From Octopus sinensis (taxonomy: Eukaryota), in assembly GCF_006345805.1 (NCBI RefSeq), contig NC_043014.1, positions 30,628,001 through 30,692,000 of the forward strand: a DNA stretch of 64,000 nt. Direction: 5' to 3'. A model generated the notes under the pieces. That model was not told where the DNA came from, did no database searches, and worked only from the letters and a program-made list of their open reading frames with translations. Below are positions 39,747-51,502 of this stretch, in pieces. Both the position numbers and the translations under genes were made by a program. How positions within the stretch are numbered: the stretch's first letter is position 1; each line of letters opens with the position of its first letter.

Positions 39747-40954
39747 GTTAATGTGAGATGGAAGATAGAAAATACAAGAATTTTTATTCATCACCACAAT
39801 TGTTTCAACCCATCTATATAATATATATATTCAAACAAATGCATATGTCTGAAAAGCTGAAAATAGTGAAAATGTTTACAAGTATGAAAACTTGCTTCCA
39901 AAAGGTTTGTGTTCTGTTTATTTTATGATTTTTTTTTTTTTCAGTAATCAAAAATTTTTAATCTTACAAAATCTCTCTTCGATTATTATGACAGTATCAA
40001 AAATTCATACACTCATATGTAGTGAATGAACAAACAAAATAAAGTAGTACTCAACACATTTTATAGGAGTTACTTATATTTTTAATAAAAGGTTAACTGT
40101 TATTAGATATATGTATACACATAATCTTCATCATTAACATCCATGTTCCATGCAGACATGGAACATGGTGTGGGTTGGATGGTTTGATAGGAGCTAATGG
40201 GCCCAAGGACTTCATTGTGCTCCAGTGTCTGCTTTGGGATTGTTTCTATGGCTGGATACCCTTCCTAACACCAACCACTTTACAACATGTACTAGGCCTT
40301 TTTTTCTAGTCACCAGCACAGGTGAGATTGCCATGTAGCTTGCAAGACTATGATTACTGAATGAGGAAGGGGAACTTTTATACTAGGAGAATAAGGAGTA
40401 GAGGAATTGAGTATGAGAGAGAAAGGGCTGTAGTACAGGTTCCTTGCTGTAGAAGAGTGATAAGACTATTCACATTTTAGAATAGCAGCTACAGGAATGG
40501 AAAGTGATATAAGTGGTGATGTGGTATCAGGGTGGACTTACAAGATATGAGGTGGGTAGGAATGAGTGGGGTTGGGGAGGCTGGAGTGAGTAGATAAAAT
40601 ATGGGATATCAAATGGAGCAAGGTAGCAGAATAGAAATGACGATACAGTAAACAGAAGGATGAAAAAGAGATGACATGCTTTTGGGTAGGTTGTGGTGAT
40701 GGATGGTGAAGAGAGAGGCAGGTGTAGTGTATGATGAGGGCAGGATCTATGATGATGGAGGAGAGTTAATATAGTGACACTGTAGGGACGGGTGGTTAAT
40801 GAAAGTATGGGTAGAGATCAGTATTAATGGATGAATGGTGGATAACAGATGAACTGGTTCTGTGTAGTAAGTGGTATCAAAAAAGAACTGTAGTTAGGGA
40901 GGTGCTGGGAAGGGGGTCTTGAGGAGAAAGGAAATTGGACAGAAGTCCCAGTTA

Positions 40955-41575
40955 TATACACACACACAGAATTCTACTAGAACTCTGTTTTGCTGACTTG
41001 GGGTGGCTCTTCGCAAGAACTGAATATTGCCAGCTATCTTGTTCTTTTGTCATCTCCTTTGCAAGGCTGAAATTCTTGAGATTTATCTTTACCACCTCAT
41101 CCATGTTCATGGATCTCCTGCTTCTGCAAGTTCTGTCCACATTCAGTGATCAGCACTTCTTTAAACAGCTCTTCTCATCATTACACATCACATTTCCATA
41201 CCAGCACGGTTTTCTTTCTTGTATGCTACATCTGATTCCTCTTATTCCCAGATTTTCACTCTCCACCTTTGTACTATGTCTTTCACATACACTTACATTG
41301 CACATACAACAGAATTTCTTTCCAGTTTATTCAAGGTCCTCTGCAGTCAAAGCCCACGTCTAATTACTATGCAGCATTGTAGTTTTAACACAAGCATCAT
41401 ACAATCTTCTCTTTACTCTAAGGTAAAAGTTCTTTTTGTCAACAGCAGAAGTAGCTCTTTAAATTCTCTCCAGCCTGTTTCTACTCTGCAAATGTACTTT
41501 CGACAATCCTTGCTAATTACATCTCCAAGGTAACAATAACTATCAACAACATCTTGTCAGCCATCCAAGCATTCA
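40955..41575 (-). mobile_element. RTE 3' ORF fragment
   Basis: Decayed LGDV, LGIRGIRCSIQERKPCWYG and MTKEQDSWQYSVLAK segments. Confidence 0.7.
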
Positions 41576-43361
41576 AGAGTTCAATTTCTAGTCTGTTCAT
41601 AGAACGTGCTGCATCTATCACATGTGAAGTTTATGTTCTCTCATAATCTGCATGTGATTCTAATACTTCTCTTCTAAGTCTATAGCTTACATTAAGCACA
41701 GTATATAGAATTTATACTTAAAGAAGTATGAATACAGTGTGGATATGAATAAAGGTGTTTCATAAATAAAAATTTAGTCTCTCTCTTTGAAACTATAACC
41801 AGTGAATAAATTCCAATCATTGGCAACTGAGGATGAGGATTGTACAACTATTTTCATCTTTCTTGAGATGATTTCCTTACCTTTCAATTATGAAAGTTAA
41901 GAAGAATATACAAGAAAAACCTCAGTTTACCTCTTTTCAAATTATGTCTTTTATTACTTTGCATCTTATTTTTCTTAGAAATTAATTGAAAAAATAACCC
42001 TCAACTTTATGTCAGTCTCTGTGAACATGTTTAAAAGCATAAAAGAAATAAAAGAACACTTAAAAACCAATACTGAAGTGGAAAATGAAAATAAATTTCT
42101 TCACCCTTTTGTTACCATATTTCTATGTAGTGAAATGAATATATTTGCTTCAGTTAATTTTTTTTAAAGCAATGAAGGATTTAGTAAAATAATTTTGTAG
42201 TGATTAAGATGGTGTTTAAAACATATATTAACAAGTAATTTTGAAGGAAGATTTTAATTTCAATTACTTTAAAACAGGAAGTTTGTTACATAGAACCAGG
42301 GAGAGTTCCAGGTTGGATGGTATCAAGAGTTAAAACAGGTATCATCATCATCATCTAGCATGGGTTGGACGGTTTGACAGGGGTCCGGGAAGCCAGGGGG
42401 CTGTACCAGGCTCCAGTCTGATCTGACAGTGTTTCTACAGCTGGATGCCCTTCCTAACACCAACCACTCCATGAGTGTAGTGGGTGCTTTTTGCATGACA
42501 CCAGCACTGGTGCCAGGGGAGGCTGGCAATGGCCACGATCAGTTGGTGCTTTTTACATGCCACCAGCACAGAAGCCAGTCAAGGCGGCGCTGGCAACGGC
42601 CATGTTCAGATGGTGCTTTTTATGTGCCAAAGCTAATAAATTCTTTCTTTTGGTCTAATGTTCCATCGTTTTTCAAGTTGTCACATGTCTAAGAACCAAC
42701 TACCAATCTAAGTCGAGGTATGCCTCTATTGCCCTACATAAAACATAACTAATGATTTACTGCTGTAAAACAACTGCATATAATAGTACAACGTGGCCAG
42801 CCAAGATTTAGTAAGAAAAATACCAACATATGATTATCATCCAGAAATAACTGTGTATGAAAAATATATTGAATCAGACAACCTTACAAATTTCATTATG
42901 CTAGAAATAGTTTGGTTACATTTTCCATAAGAAGTTGTTCTTCATAACTTCAGCAACAGAGATTACGTAAGCATCTTCAAACAGATGAAAAACTAATTGA
43001 CCAATCCCCTCAAGCTGATGCTTGTGATTTATCCACAGGTTATATTTTCACAGCAAGGTCAAATATATGGTTATTAAACATGAATATTATTTCCATGTGC
43101 ACATTGTGCATGTGTATAAACATATATATATATATATAGATAGATATTTATCTATATAGGGGAGAATTCATGAAAAAAACAAAAGACAAAGACAGGTGGT
43201 GTAGAAAACAAACGGATGTATTAGTATAATGGTCGATAATTGAAAAAGTCTTTAATGCTTCAAGCCTACGCTCTTCCACAGAAAGGAACACAAAAAGAAA
43301 CAAGGCGAGAAAAAAAATGCGTGTAGTGGCTACTGATCTAACATGGCGAATGTGTGTATAT

Positions 43362-43445
<84 letters not shown>

Positions 43446-43461
43446 CACACACACATATACA

Positions 43462-44220
43462 TGCAAGGTATATTCCAGAAGTTTTGAGGCATTTATTAGT
43501 TTTGAAGTACAAAACTCTAATCTCCTTCAAAGTTGGACTTCAATGCACTTCTTGTAGCATTCCAGCCACAGTAATTTTTTCCTTCAACTTGGGGAACAAA
43601 AGTCACTGGAAACAAGGTCTATATACCTTGCTTTCAGTGACTCTCTCTAAAGAGAGAAACTATCCCTTACTCTCCCAAAAGACTATAGGGAGAGTAAGGG
43701 ACAGTTTTGATGCCTCTCTCTTTCAAATAGTTGGTTAACCAAGATGAAACTATGGACTGGTGCATTGTCCTTCTGCAGGTGTTCTGGTCTTTTGTGTTGA
43801 CTGTCTGACCAGAGAGAACCAAGATGTAGATGATACCCTTGCTGTTGAAAAAGGGGATCATCAAGAGTTTCCCAATGGTCTGCTTTGCCTGACTTCTTGT
43901 CAGATACTTGGCTCCTACAAGTTAATTCATAAGCAGTGTAAAGCATTTCATATGTTTCTGTAGCATTTTGCCCAGTTTAACACATAATGAACTTCTAAAC
44001 TGTTTTCATGTCCCAACTGCATTCTGCAAACTAGTCAGTTCTGTGTCAAGCAGTATTTAGTAGGGTGTATTCAAAGTGTTGTTAATAGCTGTCTCCTTCA
44101 ATCTGGAGTAACAAAAGTTGGCAGATCAGCTTATCACATGTATAGTAATGATTACAATCAAGGACTGTTATAACTTTTTCTACTAAAAAGGTTTCAAATC
44201 TTCTGGAATGCACCTATGTA
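43462..44220 (-). mobile_element. Internally deleted mariner with both TIRs
   Basis: TIRs caaggtatattccagaagttttgag and ttcaaatcttctggaatgcacctatg. Relic motifs QKDNAPVH and KERGIKTVPYSPYS. Confidence 0.75.
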
Positions 44221-45351
44221 TATTGTACTTTGTGATTGAAATCTGAGTCGTATTTTAGCATGTAGTTGACACATGGCAGAAAATGCAGCACACCAGACCA
44301 AGTGCCTTACAGTATTAATTTTGTATCTGGGGTGGTGAGCTGGCAGAAACGTTAGCATGCTGGGCGAAATGCTTAGCGGTATTTCGTCTTCCCATACGTT
44401 CTGAGTTCAAATTCCGCTGATGTCAACTTTGCCTTTCATTCTTTCGGGGTCGATTAAATAAATACCAGTTACGCACTGGGGTCGATATAATCGACTTAAT
44501 CCATTTGTCCCCTGTGCATGTAGCCCCTTGTGGTCAGTAAAGTATTATTTTCTATCTCTATATTTTGAGTTCAAATCTTGCCAACATTACCTTTCATCCC
44601 AACATCAATAAACCTAGCACCAGTCCTGTTTATATTGTGTTCACTTCACTTGACTCTACAGCTCTCACTTATGATTAAGAAGCCCATGTCAATCTAAAAA
44701 AAAAAGACACTGGTGCATCATCAGAGTTTGTAAAATAAACAGAAATATTACCTCTTTATTTTTTAGTAATTGAATTGCAGCCATGCTCGGGTACCACCCT
44801 GTAGAGTTTTAGTTGAATAAATCAACCTCAATACTTCATCATCATTTAACATCCATTGTCCATGCTGACATGGGTTAGATGGTACTGGCAAACTGGAATA
44901 CTGCACCAGACTCCAGTCTGATTTGGCAACGTGTCTGCAGCTGGATGCCCTTCCTAACACCAACCACTCTGAGAGTGTAATGGGTACTTTTACTTATTTT
45001 TTAAAAATGATTTAGTCAGTCTAACTAAGCCATGGAAAATACAGTTAACTACATTATAAGCAGCAGGAGCACTGTATAAGTGTTATATGTATCAGGTGTT
45101 CTAGTTTGCAATGACGAACACACAGAACAATATCCATCCAAGTGGTGATGGTGGTGTCATGTGGTGGGGGTGGGGGAGAAGAACCATGATGAAAACTGGG
45201 AGAAAGTTTGAATATATTGCAACATTTCCTGTCAATGTTGATAAAGATATACTGTATTATAATGTTAGTTAGTTAGTTAGTTAGTTAATTTGGCTCAAAA
45301 GCAAATAGCAAGGCCATGTAGGGGGACATGGAGTTAAGTACAGGGTGGTGT

Positions 45352-48300
45352 TCATGTAAAGAGTTCAGGCCACTTGAGGTCCAGGGAGGCTTTGAACAAA
45401 GCGGTCGTCGGCATCTTCACCATCTCGTCTGGCAGCTTGTTCCACGGATCCGCAACCCGGACGGAGAAAGCTCCTCTCCTTCGATTGAGATGAAATCGTC
45501 GCAGGTAGAGCTTTTCGGAATGACCCCGCAGCCGACGCTCCGGAGCAGGAGTGAAGAACAGCTCTTTCGAGAGGTTACACTTCCCGCTTATGATGTTGTG
45601 GGCGAGAATGAGATCACCACGGCGGCGGCGTTTTTCAAGAGAACCAAGGTCGAGCGTCCTCAGCCTTTCTTCGTAGGACAAATTTTTGAGACCATGAACC
45701 ATGCGGGTAGCCAGCCTCTGGACTCTTTCGAGGTGCTGTATGTCTTTGAGGAGATAAGGAGAAGAGGCTTGAATCCCATACTCCAATATGGGTCTCACCA
45801 GCGTGACATAGAGTGGCAGGATATGGCTGCTGTGAGCATTCCGAATGACCGTCGAATCAAAAACAGAATTCCACGCGCTTTGTTGGCAGCATGGACGCAC
45901 TGGGCCGAAGGCGAAAAGGAGGAATCCACCAAGATACCCAGGTCCTTTACCTGATCGGTCCTCTCCAGCAGCAGACGACCCGGCTCGAAATCAAGTTGAG
46001 TTGCAGGAGTAGAGCCGACAGGCAGATGACAGCACTTCGACACGTTCAGACACAGGTCCCAATCGTTAGACCACTTCCAAATTTGGTGGAGGCATCGACG
46101 AAGATCCTCTATACTACCGCGAGGAGCGACCAGTTTGATATCGTCGGCAAATAGAAGGGTGTGTTGCGTAATGTCGTCGGGCAAGTCATTTATGAAGACT
46201 AAGAACAACAAGGGCCCAAGCACTGAACCTTGAGGCACGCCACTGCTCGCACTGGAGACGTCGGACCGCGAACCATTAACTTGAACTTGGAAGGAGCGAT
46301 CTGAGAGGAAGGCACCAACCCATCGTACAATATCCGGATGGAAACTATATGCTTGAAGCTTGACAAGTAGTAGGCGGTGGTTTACCGAGTCAAAAGCTTT
46401 GGCAAAGTCCAATAAAACGATGTCAACAGCATCACTATCATCGAGGATGCGCGTCACCAATTCTTCCATTACTAGTAGGTTGGTCAAGCATGATCTCTTC
46501 GGCACGAAGCCGTGTTGGGAATCAGTGATCGAGGCTGTGTTTATGAGGTGGAGCATCATACTTTTCTTAAGGATGGTTTCGAACATCTTGCTGATTATTG
46601 ATGTAAGGGAAACCGGTCGGTAGTTAAGCGGGTCTTCGCGGCTCCCTTTCTTGAAAATTGGGCAGATTATCGCTGTTCTCCAGTCTGCAGGTATAACACC
46701 CGTCGCCAATGACATATTGAATAGTCGTGTTAAGGGCTCGCAGATGACCGGAGCCAACGCTTTGATAACCCATGGGTGTATGCCGTCAGGGCCGTGACCC
46801 TTGTTGACATCGAGGCCTTGAATAACACGTTTGACTTGGTCCCGCGTGATGATCAATCGAAGCATTGGAGGTACCGATCTATCAAATGGAGGGGGTTCAC
46901 GACCATCATCTTGTTTGAAAATAGTTGAAAAAGCCTCGGCAAATAATTGACTCTGTTGATAAGGGTCCTCAATCGATATGCCTGTTGAGTCTACCAACGT
47001 TGCAATCTGGTTGTTCAAGCGGGAATTCCGCTGGACATGGGCAAAGAAGGTTTTTGGACTGCTACTGGCATTTGCCGCGATTTTGTATTCATAACTGAAG
47101 CGTTCTTTCTTTTCAATTTTCACGGCTCGGTCTCGTTGAGTTTTGTACACCTCAAAAGCTGCAGTCGAATCCAGATTTTTGAATTCAGCCCAAGCAATAT
47201 CTCAGAGTCGACGTTCTCGTTTAACCTTCTTCGTCACCCAGGGCTTGTGTTTCTTCCTCTTGGGAAGTCCAACGGGAACTGCCTGGTCAGTCAAACAGAT
47301 TACATATGCTTTGAGGAATGACCATAGTTCGTCAACTGAGGACAACGTCATCAGGGAACGCCAGTCCAGAAGCGCGGAAGCCTCGGTTAGGATTTCAAGA
47401 TTAATTGCAGAGAAGACTCTACGTGGCAGCGAAGTAATCGTGGGCGTGGAAAAAGTTGTGTGCATGACGAACTTCAGGACCGCATGATCACTCTTGGCAA
47501 GAGGGGCGCACACAGATACGTCTGACACTGATCTTGGATAGCGGGAGAATACCAGATCTAGCATAGATGGCTGCTGCCCAGACCGATGCCTTGTCGGATA
47601 TTCAACATGTTGCGATAGAAAACAATCTTCAGCCACGTCAAGAAGGGCCTGGCCGAACCAGGAAGATGTTGTACAAATTGATGCAGGCCAATCGATCGTG
47701 GGAGCGTTGAAGTCGCCTAGTACCAAGCAGTCATGCGAAGCTGAAACGAATCTTATCGCTTCGAGTAGATGAGCATCGTCCTGGGGGTCGGCTAGAGGCG
47801 GCCTGTAGACAGCCAACACGGGCAGGCAAAACTCAGATAGGCTCAGCTTGCAATAGACGGCATCGAATTTGGTTGTAGGTTGAGCATTTGTGGGTAGAAT
47901 ACCGCAGGACGGTTTGTGCTCAGACTTAACATACACAGCAACACCTCCACCTCGCCTTTTTCCTCTGTCACATCTGAAAAGGACGTAGCCCTGCAGGTGG
48001 ATCTCTGAGTCCTTTACTGCTGGAGTCAGCCAAGTCTTGGTGATAGCTATCACATCAGGGGAGTCGCGTAGGGCCAGTGTAAATAGTTCACTGAACTTTG
48101 GGAATAAGGAGCACGAGTTGGTGTAGACGATGCTGAGCTGTGAAGTCTGAGGGGCGGGAGTTGGGGAACAAGCAGAATAAAGGGCATCAGAGATAGCATC
48201 GTTGACGGGGGTATCAACTTCACTTCGATTTGCCCTCACATCACTTTCCCTGTCAGCACTACAGCATGGGACCAGAGGTAGGACTTGATTATCTGTCCAT

Positions 48301-48467
48301 CTTGGATTCGTAAACCCTTCTCTCCCATTTGTTTCCTCATCTTTAGCTCGGATATCAGGTTCCTCCGGCGAATTCTCTCTCTTAGTGAGTATTCCTCGCG
48401 AAAACCCATATTGGGGTCCTCCCAGGCATGCGTCTGAGCTCTGTTCAGAAAGACTGAAGCCTCCCGA
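45352..48467 (-). pseudogene. LINE ORF2 (APE endonuclease plus reverse transcriptase) with few lesions
   Basis: EN motifs YTNSCSL, GGGVAVY, LGDFN and SDH, with ITKTW in place of ITETW. RT motifs QHGF, DFAKAFDSV, GVPQGSVLGP and FADD. One in-frame TGA at 47202-47204 and one 1-nt frameshift near 45820. Confidence 0.93.
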
Positions 48468-49075
48468 TCAGAAGAAAAGATTACCCTTATTGGGCGTGGT
48501 CTAGAATCTGTGGTTGGGTTCGCTTGGAATCTTCCTAGCCGAGCGACCTTAAGAACACTGACATTTTCGTTCACAGAGAACAATTTTCCAACCAAAATGG
48601 AAACAAAATTAATGTCATCTTTTAGGCGGTTTATGCCTGTATCACAGGTGGATTCAGCCTTGCCATATATTATTGCCGATCTTGAGTGGGCAAAAAGTTC
48701 TCTACTATGAGCTGCGGTATTCGATTCTTCATTGGAGGATTTCGAAAGGGTGGTTTCATAGCCATCGGACTTATGTCGGCCTGTGGGGTCGATCGGAATG
48801 GATTTAGTGGTCATAATTTTCCCGCCTGGTTTGGAACTGCACTGCCTCTTCTTCGGTTTGGGGGAGCACCACTCCCCAGATGAACCCACATCGAGATCGT
48901 TCAGAATTGGTTGAGCAATGGCATTAATGGGAAGGACAAGTGAAGGAGAATCCAAACAGATTTTATCGTGATCAGGTTTCATAGCCAAATCTGCCCCTCT
49001 GGAGTTTTGACTACGTTTCTTCTTTTGGGGAGAACAACGGTCTTCAGGTGGGTTTGAGTCTACGCTCCTCGAACT
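48236..49075 (-). CDS. LINE ORF1 (RRM-type nucleic-acid chaperone)
   Basis: Motifs IIYGKAES...VARLG...RPRPIRVIF...ERIRRRNLISELKMRKQMGEKGLRIQDGQII. The frame stays open upstream of the first ATG all the way to the 5' junction. Confidence 0.85.
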   Translation of the reverse strand, partial: SSRSVDSNPPEDRCSPQKKKRSQNSRGADLAMKPDHDKICLDSPSLVLPINAIAQPILNDLDVGSSGEWCSPKPKKRQCSSKPGGKIMTTKSIPIDPTGRHKSDGYETTLSKSSNEESNTAAHSRELFAHSRSAIIYGKAESTCDTGINRLKDDINFVSILVGKLFSVNENVSVLKVARLGRFQANPTTDSRPRPIRVIFSSDREASVFLNRAQTHAWEDPNMGFREEYSLRERIRRRNLISELKMRKQMGEKGLRIQDGQIIKSYLWSHAVVLTGKVM

Positions 49076-49544
49076 AGGTTAATTGTATTTTTCTATGGCT
49101 TAGACTGACTAAATCATTTGAAATAAAATAAGTAAAATCACCCATTACACTCTCAGAGTGGTTGCGTGGTAAGTAGCTTGCTTACTAACCACATGGTTCT
49201 GGGTTCATTCCCATTGCGTGGCACCTTGGACAAGTGTCTTCTACTACAGCCTCAGGTTGACCAAAGCCTTGTGAGTGGATTTGGTAGATGGAAACTGAAA
49301 GAAGCCTGTCGTATATATGTATATGTATGTGTGTGTATGTTTGTGTGTCTGTGTTTGTCCCCCCAACATCACTTGTCAACTGATGCTGGTGTGTTTACGT
49401 CCCCATAACTTAGCAGTTCAGCAAAAGAGACCGATACAATAAGTACTAGGCTTACAAAGAATAAGTCCTGGGGTTGATTTGCTTGATTAAAGGCGGTGCT
49501 CCAGCCTGGCCACAGTCAAATGACTGAAACAAGTAAAAGAGTAT

Positions 49545-49800
49545 CAGTGTTTCTCAGCCAAATTTTACCTATGGACCCTTAGATTCTTATTTTACTCTAC
49601 TATACTTCCATAGTTATTTGATGAATATAAAAAAAAAGTTCTTACAGTATTTTTATAATTAAATATTATTAGGAATTGCATAAAAAATTTTTAATATTTT
49701 GTGTATTGCAGAAGTATAAGCAATTCATTGCACATAAATTTTGATAGAATCTTATATGGACCTCACCAAGGGCCATATGGACCCCAGCTGAGAACCACAG
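49545..49800. mobile_element. hAT-like MITE
   Basis: Termini cagtgtttctcagcc and agctgagaaccacag. A related start lies at about 27955, and related ends at about 57805 and 57968-58286. Confidence 0.5.
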
Positions 49801-50716
49801 GTACAAATAGAAGAAACAGATAAAAGAAGAGATGTTAGTTCCCATATCCAAGATGATAAAAGAGACTAACATGATTGATACATTCACAGATATACAATGG
49901 GTACCACCAGAAGGATGAAGAAAGAAAGGGAGACCCAAGAAAACAAAGAAGATCTGAAGCTACCTTTGCATCACCAGGGAAGATATAGGCAAATATGCTC
50001 AAAATCAGGATTATTGGACATGCCTCGCTGTCCATTGAACAGGCCAAATGTACAGGAGGAACGAAGATAAAGACAGTGTAAAGATTGATGGTAACAGACT
50101 AGCTTGGTTACTGCAACAGCAGTAGCATGTGAGATTTTTCCTTATTTTACTACAGTTCTGAAAGGAAAAGTAAAACACAAGAGGAGGTGGGGAAACTTTC
50201 ATTTTTCAAATCATTTTCACACCATTGATCATCATCATCATCGTTTAACGTCCGCTTTCCATGCTAGCATGGGTTAGACAGTTTGACACAGGACTGGCAA
50301 ACCAGATAGCCGCACCAGGCTCCAATCTTGATCTGGCAGAGTTTTTACAGCTGGATAACCTTCCTAACGCCAACCACTCCGAGAAGGGCCAGTCAGGCGG
50401 TACTGACAACGGCCATGCTCAAATGGTGTTTTTTACGTGCCACCTGCACAGGAGCCAGTCCAGCGGCACAGGCAACGACCTCGCTCAATTATTTTTTTCA
50501 TGTGCCTGTAAGGCGACACTGGTAGCGATCATGCTCAAATGGTGCCTTTTATGTGCCACCAGCACAGAAGCCAGTTAGCTGCTCTAGCAACGATCACGTT
50601 CAGATGGTGCTCTTAGCGCTCCACCAGCACAGATGCCAGTCATCGAATTTGATTTCGATTTCACTTGCCATTTCACCTTCTTTGTTTGTTCTATTTTTCT
50701 GAAAGAAATTTCACCT

Positions 50717-51356
50717 CTAACCCTTTAGCACTTACATTATTTTGTCAGAAGTAGTGCCTATTTATTCCCATTGTTTTGAATTGATCATGCATTATCTTGT
50801 AGCTTTCAGATTTCAATGAAGTGATTGCTTATTTTTACAACGACATTGTTAGGTTGATATGAGAGGCTAAATCTGGCTAATTTGAACATAAAACAGGTAG
50901 AAAATTCTAGTTTGCAATGACGAACACACAGAACAATATCCATCCAAGTGGTGATGGTGGTGTCATGTGATGTGTATGTGGTGGGGGTGGGAGAGAAGAG
51001 CCATGATGAAAACTGGGATAAAGTTTGAATATATTGCAACATTTCCTGTCAATGTTGATAAAGATATACTGTATTTTAATATAGTTAACTGTATTTTTCT
51101 ATGGCTTAGACTGACTAAATCATTTGAAAAAAAATAAGTAAAATCACCCATTACACTCTCACAGTGGTTGGCGCAGGAGTGGTTGTGTGGTAAGTAGCTT
51201 GCTTACCAACCACGTGGTTCTGGGTTCATTCCCACTGCGTGGCACCTTGGGCAAGTGTCTTCTACTATAGCCTCAGGCCAACCAAAGCCTTGTGAGTGGA
51301 TTTGGTAGATGGAAACTGAAAGCCAGATATGGCCTGTTTAAATGCTAAAGGGTTAA
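50717..51356. mobile_element. piggyBac-like MITE carrying a 416-bp captured local segment
   Basis: Termini ctaaccctttagca and tgctaaagggttaa. The insert 50907-51322 is a copy of 45101-45264 joined to 49078-49301. Confidence 0.75.
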
Positions 51357-51496
51357 ACTGATCAAGTTAAATTTTTGAAATATTTCTTCTTCCGAGAGAT
51401 TTCTTTTTCAGAAAAGCAGCAAGTAGTTTTAAATTATATAAATGACATTTTTAAAAAATGATATAAAAGATGGAAATTTTTTTTTCTTATATAGAT

Positions 51497-51502
51497 TTTA
51501 TT
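51497..51502 (-). terminator. Candidate Chk1 polyadenylation signal (AATAAA), implying a 3' UTR of about 1 kb
   Basis: AATAAA on the minus strand at the end of a TE-free stretch (about 51360-52490) that follows the stop codon. Other hexamers are possible. Confidence 0.35.

Larger units (their letters stand above)
45265..49077 (-). mobile_element. Young CR1-type (CR1/L2 group) non-LTR retrotransposon, 5'-truncated inside ORF1, with a (TAAC)n tail
   Basis: Contains ORF1, an APE endonuclease, RT and a CR1-like C-terminus (LRGHSEKL...RRGAFSVRVADPWNKLP). Tail ttagttagttagtt lies at 45265-45288 on the plus strand. Much more GC-rich than the flanks. Confidence 0.95.

Noticed and set aside
45328-45954. 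208-aa plus-strand ORF
   Set aside because: It is the antisense shadow of GC-rich LINE ORF2, with no independent motifs.
50390-50650. Repeat-spacer-repeat pattern in RTE tails (also 61370-61530)
   Set aside because: The apparent spacers are homologous to each other, so this is a diverged tandem array, not CRISPR.
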